64,000 nt of DNA, from NCBI RefSeq assembly GCF_024502345.1, contig NZ_JALDNN010000001.1. The stretch is one strand, 5' to 3'. Below the pieces are notes generated by a model. That model was not told the DNA's origin, ran no database searches, and was given only the letters and a program-made list of their open reading frames with translations. Of the stretch, positions 44,771 through 55,177 are shown piece after piece; the first letter of the stretch is position 1; every line of letters begins with the position of its first letter. The translations under genes were made by a program, and so were the position numbers. This DNA is from Escherichia coli. GTDB lineage: Bacteria > Pseudomonadota > Gammaproteobacteria > Enterobacterales > Enterobacteriaceae.

Positions 44771-47755
44771 ATGCCACGGCGACAGATACTGAGCAGCGAA
44801 GAGCAGGAACGCTTACTGGTTATACCAGATGATGAAATTATTCTGACCCGAATGTGTTTTCTGAACGAACCGGATATTGCGCTCATTAATAAGCACCGAA
44901 GGCCAGCGAATCGCCTGGGCTTTGCTGTATTACTCTGTTATCTGCGTGGACCTGGATTTATTCCGGACAAAAGCAGTGCTCCTCACAATGGCGTTGTATC
45001 CAGGGTTGCTTCCCGACTGAAACTTCAGCCTGATTTATGGCCGGAATATGCATCCAGAGAGCAAACCCGCTGGGAACATCTGACCGAACTTTATCGCTAC
45101 CTGGAACTATCCCCGTTCAGCCGGTCAATGCAAAAAGACTGTATCCGTCATCTGCACCCCTATGCCATGCGAACTGACAAAGGATTTATGCTGGCGGAAG
45201 AAATGCTCAGCTGGCTACATAACAATAATGTTATTTTCCCTTCTGTTGAAGTGATCGAACGGACGCTTGCCGAAGTCGTCACGCTCGCTAACAGATCGGT
45301 ATTTTCGACACTTACCGCGCAACTGGAAAAGCAGCATAAATCAGCACTCGACAGCCTGCTCATATCAGAGGGTGAACAACCTTCCCGTCTGGCATGGCTG
45401 CTACAGCCTCCGGGTAAAATAAACGGTAAAAATGTGCTGCAACATATCGACCGGCTTAATTCCATCGCTGCGCTGGGGTTGCCTGATGGTATTGCACTTT
45501 CCGTTCACCAGAACAGGTTGCTTAAACTGGCGCGTGAGGGCCGGAAAATGAGCAGCAGGGACCTGGCAAAATTCACCGATGTCAGACGTTACGCTACGCT
45601 GGTTTGTATAATAACAGAGGCCAGGGCCACCCTGACTGACGAAGTGATTGATCTGCACGAGCGTATCCTGGGTAGTCTGTTCAGCAGGGCAAAACGCACG
45701 CAGGCCGAACGGCTCCAGCAAACGGGAAAGCTTATTCAGAGCAAGCTGAAGCAGTACGTTACCGTCGGGCAGGCGTTACTTAACGCCAGAGAATCCGGGG
45801 AAGATCCCTGGACTGCAATAGAAGATGTCCTTCCCTGGCAGGAATTCATCAACAGCGTGGAAGAAACGCGGTTTCTTTCCCGTAAGGGCAATTTCGACGC
45901 GCTTCATCTGATCACCGAAAAATACAGTACGTTGCGTAAATATGCCCCGCGTATGCTGTCAGCATTGCAGTTCATGGCGACACCTGCGGCGCAGGCGCTC
46001 AGCGATGCGCTGGACACCATAACGGAAATGTACCGTAAACAACTTCGTAAAGTGCCGCCATCAGCGCCAACAGGGTTTATCCCTGAAAGCTGGCGAAAAC
46101 TGGTGCTCACGCCTTCAGGCATCGACCGCAAGTACTACGAGTTTTGCGTACTGAATGAACTCAAGGGTGCATTACGTTCCGGTGATATCTGGGTAAAAGG
46201 ATCGCGCCGCTACAAAAATTTTGATGATTATCTCATCCCGACTGCTGAGTTTGAGAAATCCCGACATAATGACCAGTTACAGTTGGCCGTTCAGACCGAT
46301 AGCCAGGCATACCTTCAGGCCCGTATGACTCTTCTTGCATCTCGGCTGGAAGAAGTTAACGCGATGGCGCTTGCCGGTGATTTGCCCGATGTAGATATCT
46401 CAGATAAAGGCGTAAAAATCACTCCACTGGAGAACAGCGTTCCTTCAGGTGTTTCGCCCTTTGCAGATTTGGTCTATGGCATGCTTCCCCATCCGAAAAT
46501 TACGGAGATACTGGAAGAAGTTGATAGCTGGACGGGATTTACGCGTCACTTCGCGCACCTCAAAAATAATAACGTCAGACCAAAAGACGGAAGACTGTTG
46601 CTGACCACCATTCTGGCTGACGGCATCAACCTTGGGCTGACAAAAATGGCGGAATCCTGCCCTGGGGCCACAAGATCGTCACTCGAAGGTATTCAGACAT
46701 GGTACATCAGGGATGAAACTTATTCAGCGGCACTGGCCGAGCTGGTCAACGCACAGAAAGAGCGGCCTCTGGCCGCATTCTGGGGCGACGGGACAACATC
46801 GTCGTCAGACGGGCAGAACTTTCGGGTAGGCAGTCACGGACGTTATGCCGGTCAGGTCAATCTTAAATATGGTCAGGAGCCGGGCGTGCAGATTTATACG
46901 CATATCTCAGACCAATACAGCCCGTTCTACGCCAAAGTGATCAGCCGGGTGCGCGACTCAACCCACGTGCTTGATGGCCTGCTGTACCATGAAAGCGATC
47001 TGGAAATTACCGAGCATTACACCGATACCGCAGGCTTCACTGAACATGTTTTCGCCCTGATGCACCTGCTGGGATTCGCTTTTGCGCCAAGGATCCGTGA
47101 TCTTCATGACAAGCGGCTGTTTATTCATGGAAAGGCCGAGCGCTATCCGGGGCTTCAGTCTGTCATATCAACAACCTGCCTGAATATCAAAGACATTGAG
47201 TCGCACTGGGATGAGGTATTGCGCCTGGCAACCTCGATTAAGCAGGGGACAGTCACCGCATCACTGATGATGAAAAAGTTAGCCAGTTACCCAAAACAGA
47301 ATGGACTTGCCAAAGCGCTGAGAGAGATTGGCCGCATCGAACGGACACTATTTATGCTGGACTGGTTCCGTGATCCCGGTCTGCGCCGACGCGTGCAGGC
47401 GGGGCTGAATAAGGGTGAGGCCCGTAATGCCCTTGCGCGAGCGGTCTTTTTGCACCGTCTGGGTGAAATAAGGGATCGTGGGCTGGAGAATCAGAGTTAT
47501 CGCGCCAGCGGGCTGACATTACTGACAGCAGCGATCACGTTGTGGAACACGGTATATATAGAAAGAGCTATTGAGTCACTAAAACGAAAGGGTATCCCGA
47601 TAAATGAGCAACTGGTCTCTCATCTTTCTCCCCTGGGCTGGGAACATATCAATCTGAGTGGAGATTACGTCTGGCGTAATAATCTTAAGCTGGGATCCGG
47701 AAAATACCGCTCATTACGTACAGTCGATACCGCTTTGTACAAAAAACAGTCTTAG
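44771..47755 (+). CDS. tnpA: Tn3-family DDE transposase
   Basis: 994-aa ORF; stop codon lies inside the terminal repeat. Confidence 0.85.
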   Translation: MPRRQILSSEEQERLLVIPDDEIILTRMCFLNEPDIALINKHRRPANRLGFAVLLCYLRGPGFIPDKSSAPHNGVVSRVASRLKLQPDLWPEYASREQTRWEHLTELYRYLELSPFSRSMQKDCIRHLHPYAMRTDKGFMLAEEMLSWLHNNNVIFPSVEVIERTLAEVVTLANRSVFSTLTAQLEKQHKSALDSLLISEGEQPSRLAWLLQPPGKINGKNVLQHIDRLNSIAALGLPDGIALSVHQNRLLKLAREGRKMSSRDLAKFTDVRRYATLVCIITEARATLTDEVIDLHERILGSLFSRAKRTQAERLQQTGKLIQSKLKQYVTVGQALLNARESGEDPWTAIEDVLPWQEFINSVEETRFLSRKGNFDALHLITEKYSTLRKYAPRMLSALQFMATPAAQALSDALDTITEMYRKQLRKVPPSAPTGFIPESWRKLVLTPSGIDRKYYEFCVLNELKGALRSGDIWVKGSRRYKNFDDYLIPTAEFEKSRHNDQLQLAVQTDSQAYLQARMTLLASRLEEVNAMALAGDLPDVDISDKGVKITPLENSVPSGVSPFADLVYGMLPHPKITEILEEVDSWTGFTRHFAHLKNNNVRPKDGRLLLTTILADGINLGLTKMAESCPGATRSSLEGIQTWYIRDETYSAALAELVNAQKERPLAAFWGDGTTSSSDGQNFRVGSHGRYAGQVNLKYGQEPGVQIYTHISDQYSPFYAKVISRVRDSTHVLDGLLYHESDLEITEHYTDTAGFTEHVFALMHLLGFAFAPRIRDLHDKRLFIHGKAERYPGLQSVISTTCLNIKDIESHWDEVLRLATSIKQGTVTASLMMKKLASYPKQNGLAKALREIGRIERTLFMLDWFRDPGLRRRVQAGLNKGEARNALARAVFLHRLGEIRDRGLENQSYRASGLTLLTAAITLWNTVYIERAIESLKRKGIPINEQLVSHLSPLGWEHINLSGDYVWRNNLKLGSGKYRSLRTVDTALYKKQS

Positions 47756-47788
47756 CGTGGGATAATTTCCGTTTTCCAAGCGGACCCC
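47751..47788 (-). repeat. 38-bp terminal inverted repeat of the Tn3-family element
   Basis: Reverse complement reads GGGGTCCGCTTGGAAAACGGAAATTATCCCACGCTAAG. Confidence 0.85.
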
Positions 47789-47858
47789 AGGGAGAGCTGA
47801 GAACATTAAATTTTAATATAAACAAAGAATTACCTTCTTAGCGTACGTTACCGTCCCA

Positions 47859-48092
47859 TTGGCCCTCAAACCCCTCAACACCCTGATGGAACGTTTTTTT
47901 AGAAGTCTGAAAACAGAATGGGTGCCGGATAATGGATACGCTAATTTTAGCGAAGCCAGCACAGCGATAACGAATTACATAACGGGATATTACAGCCAGC
48001 TCAGACCTCATCAATATAACGGTAGTTTGACGCGGAATGAATCAGAACGATTGCTCTGGAAAAACTCTAAAGCCGTGGCCAACTATTGTTGA
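47859..48092 (+). pseudogene. IS3-family integrase (orfB) C-terminal remnant
   Basis: 77-aa ORF with the YYSQLRPHQYNG motif typical of IS3-family integrase C-termini. Confidence 0.5.
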
Positions 48093-48103
48093 CCACTACA
48101 CAT

Positions 48104-48571
48104 CTATTTTATAGGTAACCCCTTAAAAGATTTAATCTCCTTGATACTGAAACTGGTATTCATCTCCTTTATATTCCCAATTTTTCGTATCCTTATCATT
48201 GATACGTTGTGAAAATCATCCATATCTTTTACTACAAGATGCAGAAGATAGTCGTATCTTCCGGAGATATTATGACAGGCAATTACATTATCAATCTTCA
48301 TTATTTCTGCCTCAAAATATTGCATGCACTCCTCGGAATGAAGATCTAATGTAATATTCATGAATGCATAAAAATTGTATCCAAGGCTTTTCGGTTCGAT
48401 AAAAGCCCGATAGTTTTTTATCACTTCCTGCTCTAAAAACTTTAGCCGTTTCCAGCAGGCTGGAGGGGAAAGAAAAACACGCTTGGCAATCTCAGCGTTG
48501 TTCAGCCTGCCATCTTCCTGCAAGAAATTTAAAATCTGCATATCAACTTTGTCAAGCTTTACCATGTTCAA
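48104..48571 (-). CDS. Lrp/AsnC-family transcriptional regulator
   Basis: 155 aa; N-terminal HTH (LDKVDMQILNFLQEDGRLNNAEIAKRV) and C-terminal ligand-binding fold. Confidence 0.75.
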   Translation of the reverse strand: MNMVKLDKVDMQILNFLQEDGRLNNAEIAKRVFLSPPACWKRLKFLEQEVIKNYRAFIEPKSLGYNFYAFMNITLDLHSEECMQYFEAEIMKIDNVIACHNISGRYDYLLHLVVKDMDDFHNVSMIRIRKIGNIKEMNTSFSIKEIKSFKGLPIK

Positions 48572-48773
48572 CCTCCTGTGATAGCAATCATATTCGTAAT
48601 TTTATGAAATAAAATTAACCAAATCAATAAAAACAAGAAATAAGATAAGCCATAAATTGTAAAAATAGTTAATTTTAAAAAGATAATTAATATACTTACC
48701 GGGTAGAATCATTTATGAAGTGCAAACCTCTGTAAATAATTACCATAAAATATCCTCACACAGGAATATACCT

Positions 48774-50081
48774 ATGACCATATTGGAACAGAACATCGAC
48801 AGGGCCTCATTATCGCCAGAAGAGTGGAAAAAACTAACCCGATTTGACAGTACAGATGTAGGATGGATTATCATAAGCATAGGTATGGCTATCGGCGCCG
48901 GGATTGTGTTTTTACCGGTCCAGGTGGGGCTTATTGGATTGTGGGTATTCCTGCTTTCTTCCATCATTGGTTATCCGGCCATGTACCTGTTTCAAAGATT
49001 GTTTATCAATACGCTGGCAGATTCACGAGAGTGTAAAGACTATCCCGGTGTCATCGAGGGCTATCTGGGAAAAAACTGGGGAATGCTCCTCGGTCTGCTC
49101 TACTTTCTCATGCTGGTCATCTGGATATTCGCCTACCCTACGGCGTTGACTAACGATACAGCGTCGTATTTACACACGTTTGGCTTAACTGAGGGTCTTT
49201 TATCAGAGAACCCTTTCTATGGCCTAATTCTTATTACATTTCTTGTGCTTATTGCTTCACGTAGTGAAGAGCTCTTGTTCAGGATTTCCTCTTTCATGGT
49301 GTTATCAAAACTGGTGGTAGTGCTTATCCTGGGGTTGATGATGGTCAGCATGTGGGACCTCTCCAAAAACATCGGTTCATTCCCTTCTTTTAGTATTTTA
49401 ATCAAAAACGCCATTATCACCTTGCCATTTACGTTGACATCAATCCTGTTTATTCAGTCTTTGAGTCCGATGGTAATTTCATATCGTGCAAAAAACAAAT
49501 CTATAGAAGTGGCAAGATATAAAGCGCTAAGAGCAATGAATATCGCTTTTGGTACACTATTCATCGTTGTTTTCTTTTATGCATTATCATTCACTTTCGC
49601 CCTCGGTCACGATGAAGCTGTCAAAGCCTACGAGCAAAATATTTCAGCACTGGCTATTGCCGCACAGTTTATTGAAGGAGATGCAGCAAAGTATGTGACG
49701 CCAGTTGGTGTTGCATTGAATATCTTTGCCCTGATGACTGCCTTCTTCGGCGTTTACCTCGGGTTCAAAGAGGCTGTACAGGGACTGGCGATGAACGCAT
49801 TGACCCGTTTTATACCTTCAGAGAAAATCAATAAAAAAACGCTTAATGTTGGTATTGTCATTTTCACTATTGCCATCGCCTGGGGGGCAATCGTTCTGAA
49901 CCTGCCGGTTCTGCTATTCACCTCAATCTGCAGCCCCATTTTCGGCATTGTTGGTTGCTTAATCCCTGCTTATCTGGTTTACAAGGTACCCTCCCTTCAC
50001 CGATATAAAGGGTTTTCTCTGTATCTGATCATCTTTACTGGCATCCTGCTCTGTATTTCTCCGTTCCTGAAATTCATTTAA
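48774..50081 (+). CDS. HAAAP-family amino-acid transporter (serine/threonine/aromatic type)
   Basis: ORF 48720..50081; motifs AIGAGIVFLP and AYLVYKVPSLHRYKG resemble recalled TdcC/SdaC; polytopic. Confidence 0.7.
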   Translation: MTILEQNIDRASLSPEEWKKLTRFDSTDVGWIIISIGMAIGAGIVFLPVQVGLIGLWVFLLSSIIGYPAMYLFQRLFINTLADSRECKDYPGVIEGYLGKNWGMLLGLLYFLMLVIWIFAYPTALTNDTASYLHTFGLTEGLLSENPFYGLILITFLVLIASRSEELLFRISSFMVLSKLVVVLILGLMMVSMWDLSKNIGSFPSFSILIKNAIITLPFTLTSILFIQSLSPMVISYRAKNKSIEVARYKALRAMNIAFGTLFIVVFFYALSFTFALGHDEAVKAYEQNISALAIAAQFIEGDAAKYVTPVGVALNIFALMTAFFGVYLGFKEAVQGLAMNALTRFIPSEKINKKTLNVGIVIFTIAIAWGAIVLNLPVLLFTSICSPIFGIVGCLIPAYLVYKVPSLHRYKGFSLYLIIFTGILLCISPFLKFI

Positions 50082-50112
50082 ACAAACATATATGTCCAAA
50101 GAAGGTTAAATT

Positions 50113-51318
50113 ATGAAGTACAATTTTGATGAAATTATCAACAGAAAAAATACTGATGCCCTGAACTACGATGGGTGGAGACAATATATATTCAAGGCCG
50201 ACAAGAGTGCCCGCTTTGACTTTAAGGACGATGAATTTGTCAGAATGTGGGTCGCTGATATGGATTTTGCGACACCTCCGGAAATCCTTGCAGCGATTCA
50301 GGAGAGGCTTGATAAAAAAATACTCGGTTACACAAAAGTTTACGATGATGAGTACTATCATATTTTCCACAACTGGTGCCAGAGACGCTATGACTGGAAT
50401 ATAGATACCACAGAGATCGTGCTTTCACCGGGCATTATTCCTGCACTTAACCGTCTGGTACCGTTACTGACACAACAGGATGAAAGTGTGTTGATCAATA
50501 CACCATCCTATACGCCGTTTAAGCAGGCTGGAGACTATAGCTATCGTCGAGTGATCTGTTCTGATTTGCTGAAACAGGACAATGAATACATTATTGACTT
50601 CAACGATATGGAGAAAAAACTAACCGATCCTTCTCTAAATATTAAGCTGTTCATTTTATCCAATCCGCAAAATCCAACCGGGATGGTCTGGTCAGAACAA
50701 GAATTAATGAGAATGGGGCAGTTGTGCCTTAAAAACAATGTCTGGATCATTTCAGACGAAATACATTGTGATTTACTGAGAAATGGGATCAATCATATCC
50801 CGATGGCAAAACTGTTCCCAGACACTGATAAGATCATCACCTGTATGGCACCAAGCAAAACCTTTAATCTTGCCGGAAATCTGATGTCCCATATTTTTAT
50901 TAAAAATGAAAAGGTCAGAAAAGAATGGTTACGTCTTTATGATGAGTTTCTTTCACCACTGAGTCTGGCTGCGACCAAAGCGGCCTGGTCCCGGTGCGAC
51001 GAGTGGCTGGAACAATTAAAACACTATCTTGATGATAACTTCAGACTGGTAGAAAAATTTACCCAGGAACACTTTCCTGACGCAAACTTTAAAATTCCCG
51101 ATGCAACTTATCTGGCATGGATAAATATTGAGAAATACCTGCCACCGCAGGTAGACAGACAACAGCTTTCTCTCTATTTCGCCAACCAGACGGGAATACT
51201 GCTTGAAGGCGGGAACATGTTTGTAAGCAATGGAGAGGGTTACATACGGATTAATCTTGCCTGTCCACGCGCCGTGATACAAGAAGGATTAGAGAGAATA
51301 AGAAAAGCACTGAAATAG
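50113..51318 (+). CDS. PLP-dependent C-S lyase, MalY/PatB type
   Basis: 401 aa, aminotransferase class I/II fold with MalY/PatB-like N-terminus MKYNFDEIINRKNTDALNYDGW. Confidence 0.7.
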   Translation: MKYNFDEIINRKNTDALNYDGWRQYIFKADKSARFDFKDDEFVRMWVADMDFATPPEILAAIQERLDKKILGYTKVYDDEYYHIFHNWCQRRYDWNIDTTEIVLSPGIIPALNRLVPLLTQQDESVLINTPSYTPFKQAGDYSYRRVICSDLLKQDNEYIIDFNDMEKKLTDPSLNIKLFILSNPQNPTGMVWSEQELMRMGQLCLKNNVWIISDEIHCDLLRNGINHIPMAKLFPDTDKIITCMAPSKTFNLAGNLMSHIFIKNEKVRKEWLRLYDEFLSPLSLAATKAAWSRCDEWLEQLKHYLDDNFRLVEKFTQEHFPDANFKIPDATYLAWINIEKYLPPQVDRQQLSLYFANQTGILLEGGNMFVSNGEGYIRINLACPRAVIQEGLERIRKALK

Positions 51319-51507
51319 TAAATCCCTGAAAATTTCAGCCTGATCGTCCAAAAGGTCGCAGTTTAAACAATGCGACCTTTATACCGGATAATTTAGCATG
51401 TTGAACCGATTTTCGGAGACTCTCTATCGCGCTGGACGGCTCTGCATGTACATTGTCGCCTGAAAAATAATATCAGGGATATAAATAGCCTGTTAATACC
51501 TCGTTTC

Positions 51508-52565
51508 GGCTTTGTTGAATAAATCAGATTTCGGGTAAGTCTCCCCCGTAGCGGGTTGTGTTTTCAGGCAATACGCACGCTTTCAGGCATACCTGCTTTC
51601 GTCATTTTGTTCAGCGCTCGTACCAGGGCCATAGCCTCTGCAACCTGACCATCGTAGTCACGCAGTGTCAGTGAACCCCCGAACAGCTGTTTTACCCGGT
51701 ACATCGCCGTTTCCGCTATCGAGCGACGGTTGTAATCTGTTGTCCATTTCCACCGCGCATTACTCCCGGTCATTCGCTGATTAGCCACTGCACGGTTACG
51801 GTCTGCATATTCACCGGGCCAGTAACCCGCACCTTTTCGGGGAGGGATAAGCGCGCTGATTTTCTTACGCCGCAGTTCATCGTGACATAGCCGGGTATCG
51901 TAAGCGCCATCGGCGGCGGCTGACCTGATTTTCCGGTGGGTTTGCCGGATTAACCCGGGGAAGGCCTCTGAGTCCGTAACGTTGTTCAGCGACAGGTCAG
52001 CGCAGATGATTTCATGTGTTTTACTGTCAACGGCGAGATGCAGCTTACGCCAGATACGGCGGCGTTCCTGGCCATGCTTTTTGACTTTCCACTCGCCTTC
52101 ACCGAAGACCTTCAGCCCGGTGGAATCAATTACCAGGTGTGCGATTTCACCCCGGGTGGGCGTTTTGAAACTGACATTAACCGACTTTGCCCGCCTGCTG
52201 ACACAGCTGTAATCCGGGCAGCGTAGCGGAACGTTCATCAGAGAAAAAATGGAATCAATAAAGCCCTGCGCAGCGCGCAGGGTCAGCCTGAATACGCGTT
52301 TAATGACCAAGCACAGTCGTGATGGCAAGGTCAGAATAGCGCTGAGGTCTGCCTCGTGAAGAAGGTGTTGCTGACTCATACCAGGCCTGAATAGCTTCAT
52401 CATCCAGCCAGAAAGTTATGGAGCCACGGTTGATGAGGGCTTTATTGTAGGTGGGCCAGTTGGTGATTTTGAACTTTTGCTTTGCCACGGAACGGTCTGC
52501 GTTGTCGGGAAGATACGTGATCTGATCCTTCAACTCAGCAAAAGTTCGATTTATTCAACAAAGCC
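51508..52565 (-). mobile_element. IS903-type insertion sequence, copy 4, 1058 bp, same frameshift as copy 3, intact 9-bp target duplication
   Basis: Flanks cctcgtttc (51499..51507) and cctcgtttc (52566..52574); same extra base as copy 3. Confidence 0.9.
51564..52533 (-). pseudogene. IS903-type transposase, frameshifted
   Basis: ORFs 51564..52403 and 52300..52533. Confidence 0.85.
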
Positions 52566-52598
52566 CCTCGTTTCCTCTCTTCATGACACCCTGACTCA

Positions 52599-53135
52599 TT
52601 AATATAGTGTCACAGCATTGTGAGGGCACTGGACAACGCATTCGCCACAACCATCACAGCGTTCGTTGTCAGCCGACATCCGTCCAGACTCATTAATAAA
52701 GCAAGCCTGTCGTGGGCATACATCCACGCACTGTTTACACTGTCTGACAGGATTCACACAGGCAGAGTTACAGAACACCGGGCGCAGTCCGGTATCAAAA
52801 CGAGACTGCACGCGTAGCGCGTCACTCGAACATGCTGCGATACACAAACCACAGCCATCACAACTGGCATATTCAATCATCAGTTGCGGGTAACCGTCTT
52901 CATGTCTGGACAGGACTCCCATTGGGCAGACATCAATGCACTGACTACATTGGGTACACTGGGTTATGAACTCCGCATCAGGAACCGCCCCTGGCGGCAA
53001 CGAATGTCCCAGCCGGGTAGACAGTACTTCTGGCGTTGTGTGCTTTGCCGCGCTGACAAACGCACGAAACAGTCCGCGCCGACTGACGTGCCGGTGAGCC
53101 ATCAATTCATGATAATATTTCTCTGATTTGTTCAT
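52599..53135 (-). CDS. ferredoxin-type protein with four 4Fe-4S-binding cysteine motifs
   Basis: 178 aa with four cysteine clusters (CTQCSQCIDVCP, CDGCGLCIAACS, CKQCVDVCP, CDGCGECVVQCP). Confidence 0.7.
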   Translation of the reverse strand: MNKSEKYYHELMAHRHVSRRGLFRAFVSAAKHTTPEVLSTRLGHSLPPGAVPDAEFITQCTQCSQCIDVCPMGVLSRHEDGYPQLMIEYASCDGCGLCIAACSSDALRVQSRFDTGLRPVFCNSACVNPVRQCKQCVDVCPRQACFINESGRMSADNERCDGCGECVVQCPHNAVTLY

Positions 53136-53728
53136 CCGAAATACAGCCGCTTCACCGCAGGTTGCAACGCCCGTTGCTGTTGCAAATCCTGCAAATAGCG
53201 CGTGGTCACGGCGGCAAGGCGAGCATAGAACGGACTCACCCTGTTGCCCTGCAGACGTTCAAGATAGCGATATCCCCACGGTAACAAATAAACCTCTAAC
53301 AGCTGATTAACTGCCGCATCTTTTCCAGCATCAAGTATCGCACTGCAGGCTAACAACATCAGCCCAAACTGATCTTCCGGCTCATTTTGACCCGAATTAA
53401 AAGTCATTCCCTGAGACTGCAGAAACGCCCGGTACTTAGCGGTGGTATTGCCCATTAGCAGGTTATCGCGTTCCAGCCAGACAGATCCCCAGGGTGGCAC
53501 GGGCATCTCGCCCTGCCCTTCAAACAGCACGGAGAATTGCCATGCCAGTTCGTCATTATCGGGAAACGGCCAGTCTGCGCACAGTGAAGCTGTTCCCGCA
53601 GGGTCGCTCCATGGGTACAGCTCCGACAGAGTGGGCAGACAATCGAAAAGTGCTTTCACCTCTGGTCGTTCCGGAGAGTAGTAAAACAGTGCACCGAGGA
53701 TCCTCGGTAATACAATATTGGGGGACAT
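53132..53728 (-). CDS. TorD/DmsD-family redox-enzyme maturation chaperone
   Basis: 198 aa; LGALFYY and PPWGSVW...NEPEDQFG motifs resemble recalled DmsD at about 40 percent. Confidence 0.75.
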   Translation of the reverse strand: MSPNIVLPRILGALFYYSPERPEVKALFDCLPTLSELYPWSDPAGTASLCADWPFPDNDELAWQFSVLFEGQGEMPVPPWGSVWLERDNLLMGNTTAKYRAFLQSQGMTFNSGQNEPEDQFGLMLLACSAILDAGKDAAVNQLLEVYLLPWGYRYLERLQGNRVSPFYARLAAVTTRYLQDLQQQRALQPAVKRLYFG

Positions 53729-53771
53729 CCTGAGTTCTCCTGAAAACAGAGCGGCTACAGCCGCTCACAGA

Positions 53772-54545
53772 TTACATCGGCAACGTCCACAGGTTGTAGA
53801 ATGCGATCCTACCCACCAGTTCCGCAGCGATAACCACCAGTGACGTGGTCGCCAGAACGGCCACATTAGTTTTGAGTCGTACCCAGGCCACCACACCGAC
53901 AATGCCGACAGCTAGCAGTACAACCTGAGCAGTGAACCAACTGGATTGAGCCGCAGTTAGCACCCCATCAGCATCCATAAGCGTCAAAATATAGCCTGGA
54001 CGCAGGCAGAAGCTGACCAGAATCGCCAGCACACTCACCAGCAACCCCAGGCGCAGACCAAACAGTCCGGCCAGAATGCCACCTCCGATCATCGGAGTCA
54101 GTACCATCATCACCGTAGTGTAAGATGTCCGCCAGGTGACCACCGTCGGCAACTGATAGATTTGCGGGATGGCGAAGATAAAAACCACCCCCACCGCGGC
54201 CGCCAGCCACACCAGTCCTTTACATAACGAAGCCGCTCCACGATTGAGAAGCAACCCCAGTGCGCCCAGCCCGCCAAGTGTCGCAAACACTGCCGATAAC
54301 ACGATTTCGTTGCTCATCGGTGAATGGCCCACTCGCAGCAACATATTCAATGCTCGTAAAGGCTGGCCTACATGGAAAATGCCCAGCAACACCCCAACGC
54401 CAAACAGACACATCGCGGAGAAAAGACCAACGGCCATACGCTGCCTGTCAATCTGCCCCAGGGTGCCGCCAATCAGCAACAGAATAAACGCGCCAACTGC
54501 GCTCTGAGTAAAGACGGTAAAAAAGACCAGAGGTAACTCATGCAT
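53772..54545 (-). CDS. DmsC-type membrane anchor subunit
   Basis: About 257 aa polytopic membrane protein directly downstream of the Fe-S subunit. Confidence 0.7.
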   Translation of the reverse strand: MHELPLVFFTVFTQSAVGAFILLLIGGTLGQIDRQRMAVGLFSAMCLFGVGVLLGIFHVGQPLRALNMLLRVGHSPMSNEIVLSAVFATLGGLGALGLLLNRGAASLCKGLVWLAAAVGVVFIFAIPQIYQLPTVVTWRTSYTTVMMVLTPMIGGGILAGLFGLRLGLLVSVLAILVSFCLRPGYILTLMDADGVLTAAQSSWFTAQVVLLAVGIVGVVAWVRLKTNVAVLATTSLVVIAAELVGRIAFYNLWTLPM

Positions 54546-55164
54546 TGCGCACCTCACTCATGTTCATGATGGCCCCTTCCTTGTCTCCCGTCGGGCGGGC
54601 CTTCGGATGGGGTTTAATAATAAGGTTAGGATGAGTAAACGACGCGGCGGGCAGCGGCGCGATTTCATTCTCAGTGCCATACTTCTTCCGTAACTCATCG
54701 ATCGGCCCGAAATCCAGCGCGCGCTGTGGACAAGAGTCCACGCAAATTGGTCGCAGATTTTTCTCCAGTCGATCAAGGCAACCATCGCACTTACGCATCA
54801 CTTTGGCCTGAGCATCAAATTGTGGCGCGCCATACGGGCAGCGCATTTCGCAATAACGGCATCCGACACAAATATTGTCATCGACCAGCACCAGTCCGTC
54901 CTCTTCACGTTTGTGCATCGCTCCGGTAGGACATCCGGAGACACAAACCGGTTCATCACAGTGGTTACAGGCAATAGAGAGGTAGTAGGTAAAAGTGTCG
55001 TTGTGCCAGCTTTCTCCTTCTTTCGCCCAACTTCCGCCACCATATTCATATACCCGACGGAATTTCGGGCCCACGTCCAGATCTTTATTATCCTTGCAAC
55101 TGACCTGGCAGGTTTTGCAGCCTGAGCAACGCGAGGAGTCAACATAAAAGCCATACTGTTTCAT
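54538..55164 (-). CDS. DmsB-type iron-sulfur subunit
   Basis: 208 aa; MKQYGFYVDSSRCSGCKTC and three further cysteine clusters; resembles recalled DmsB/YnfG but not identical. Confidence 0.8.
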   Translation of the reverse strand: MKQYGFYVDSSRCSGCKTCQVSCKDNKDLDVGPKFRRVYEYGGGSWAKEGESWHNDTFTYYLSIACNHCDEPVCVSGCPTGAMHKREEDGLVLVDDNICVGCRYCEMRCPYGAPQFDAQAKVMRKCDGCLDRLEKNLRPICVDSCPQRALDFGPIDELRKKYGTENEIAPLPAASFTHPNLIIKPHPKARPTGDKEGAIMNMSEVRNA

Positions 55165-55177
55165 TGCGGATCACTCC

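Larger units (their letters stand above)
38341..47788 (+). mobile_element. Tn3-family transposon-like unit bounded by inverted 38-bp repeats
   Basis: Left repeat (split by IS110 copy 2) and right repeat 47751..47788 are inverted and nearly identical; contains tnpA fragment, cargo operon, tnpR, res and tnpA. Confidence 0.5.
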
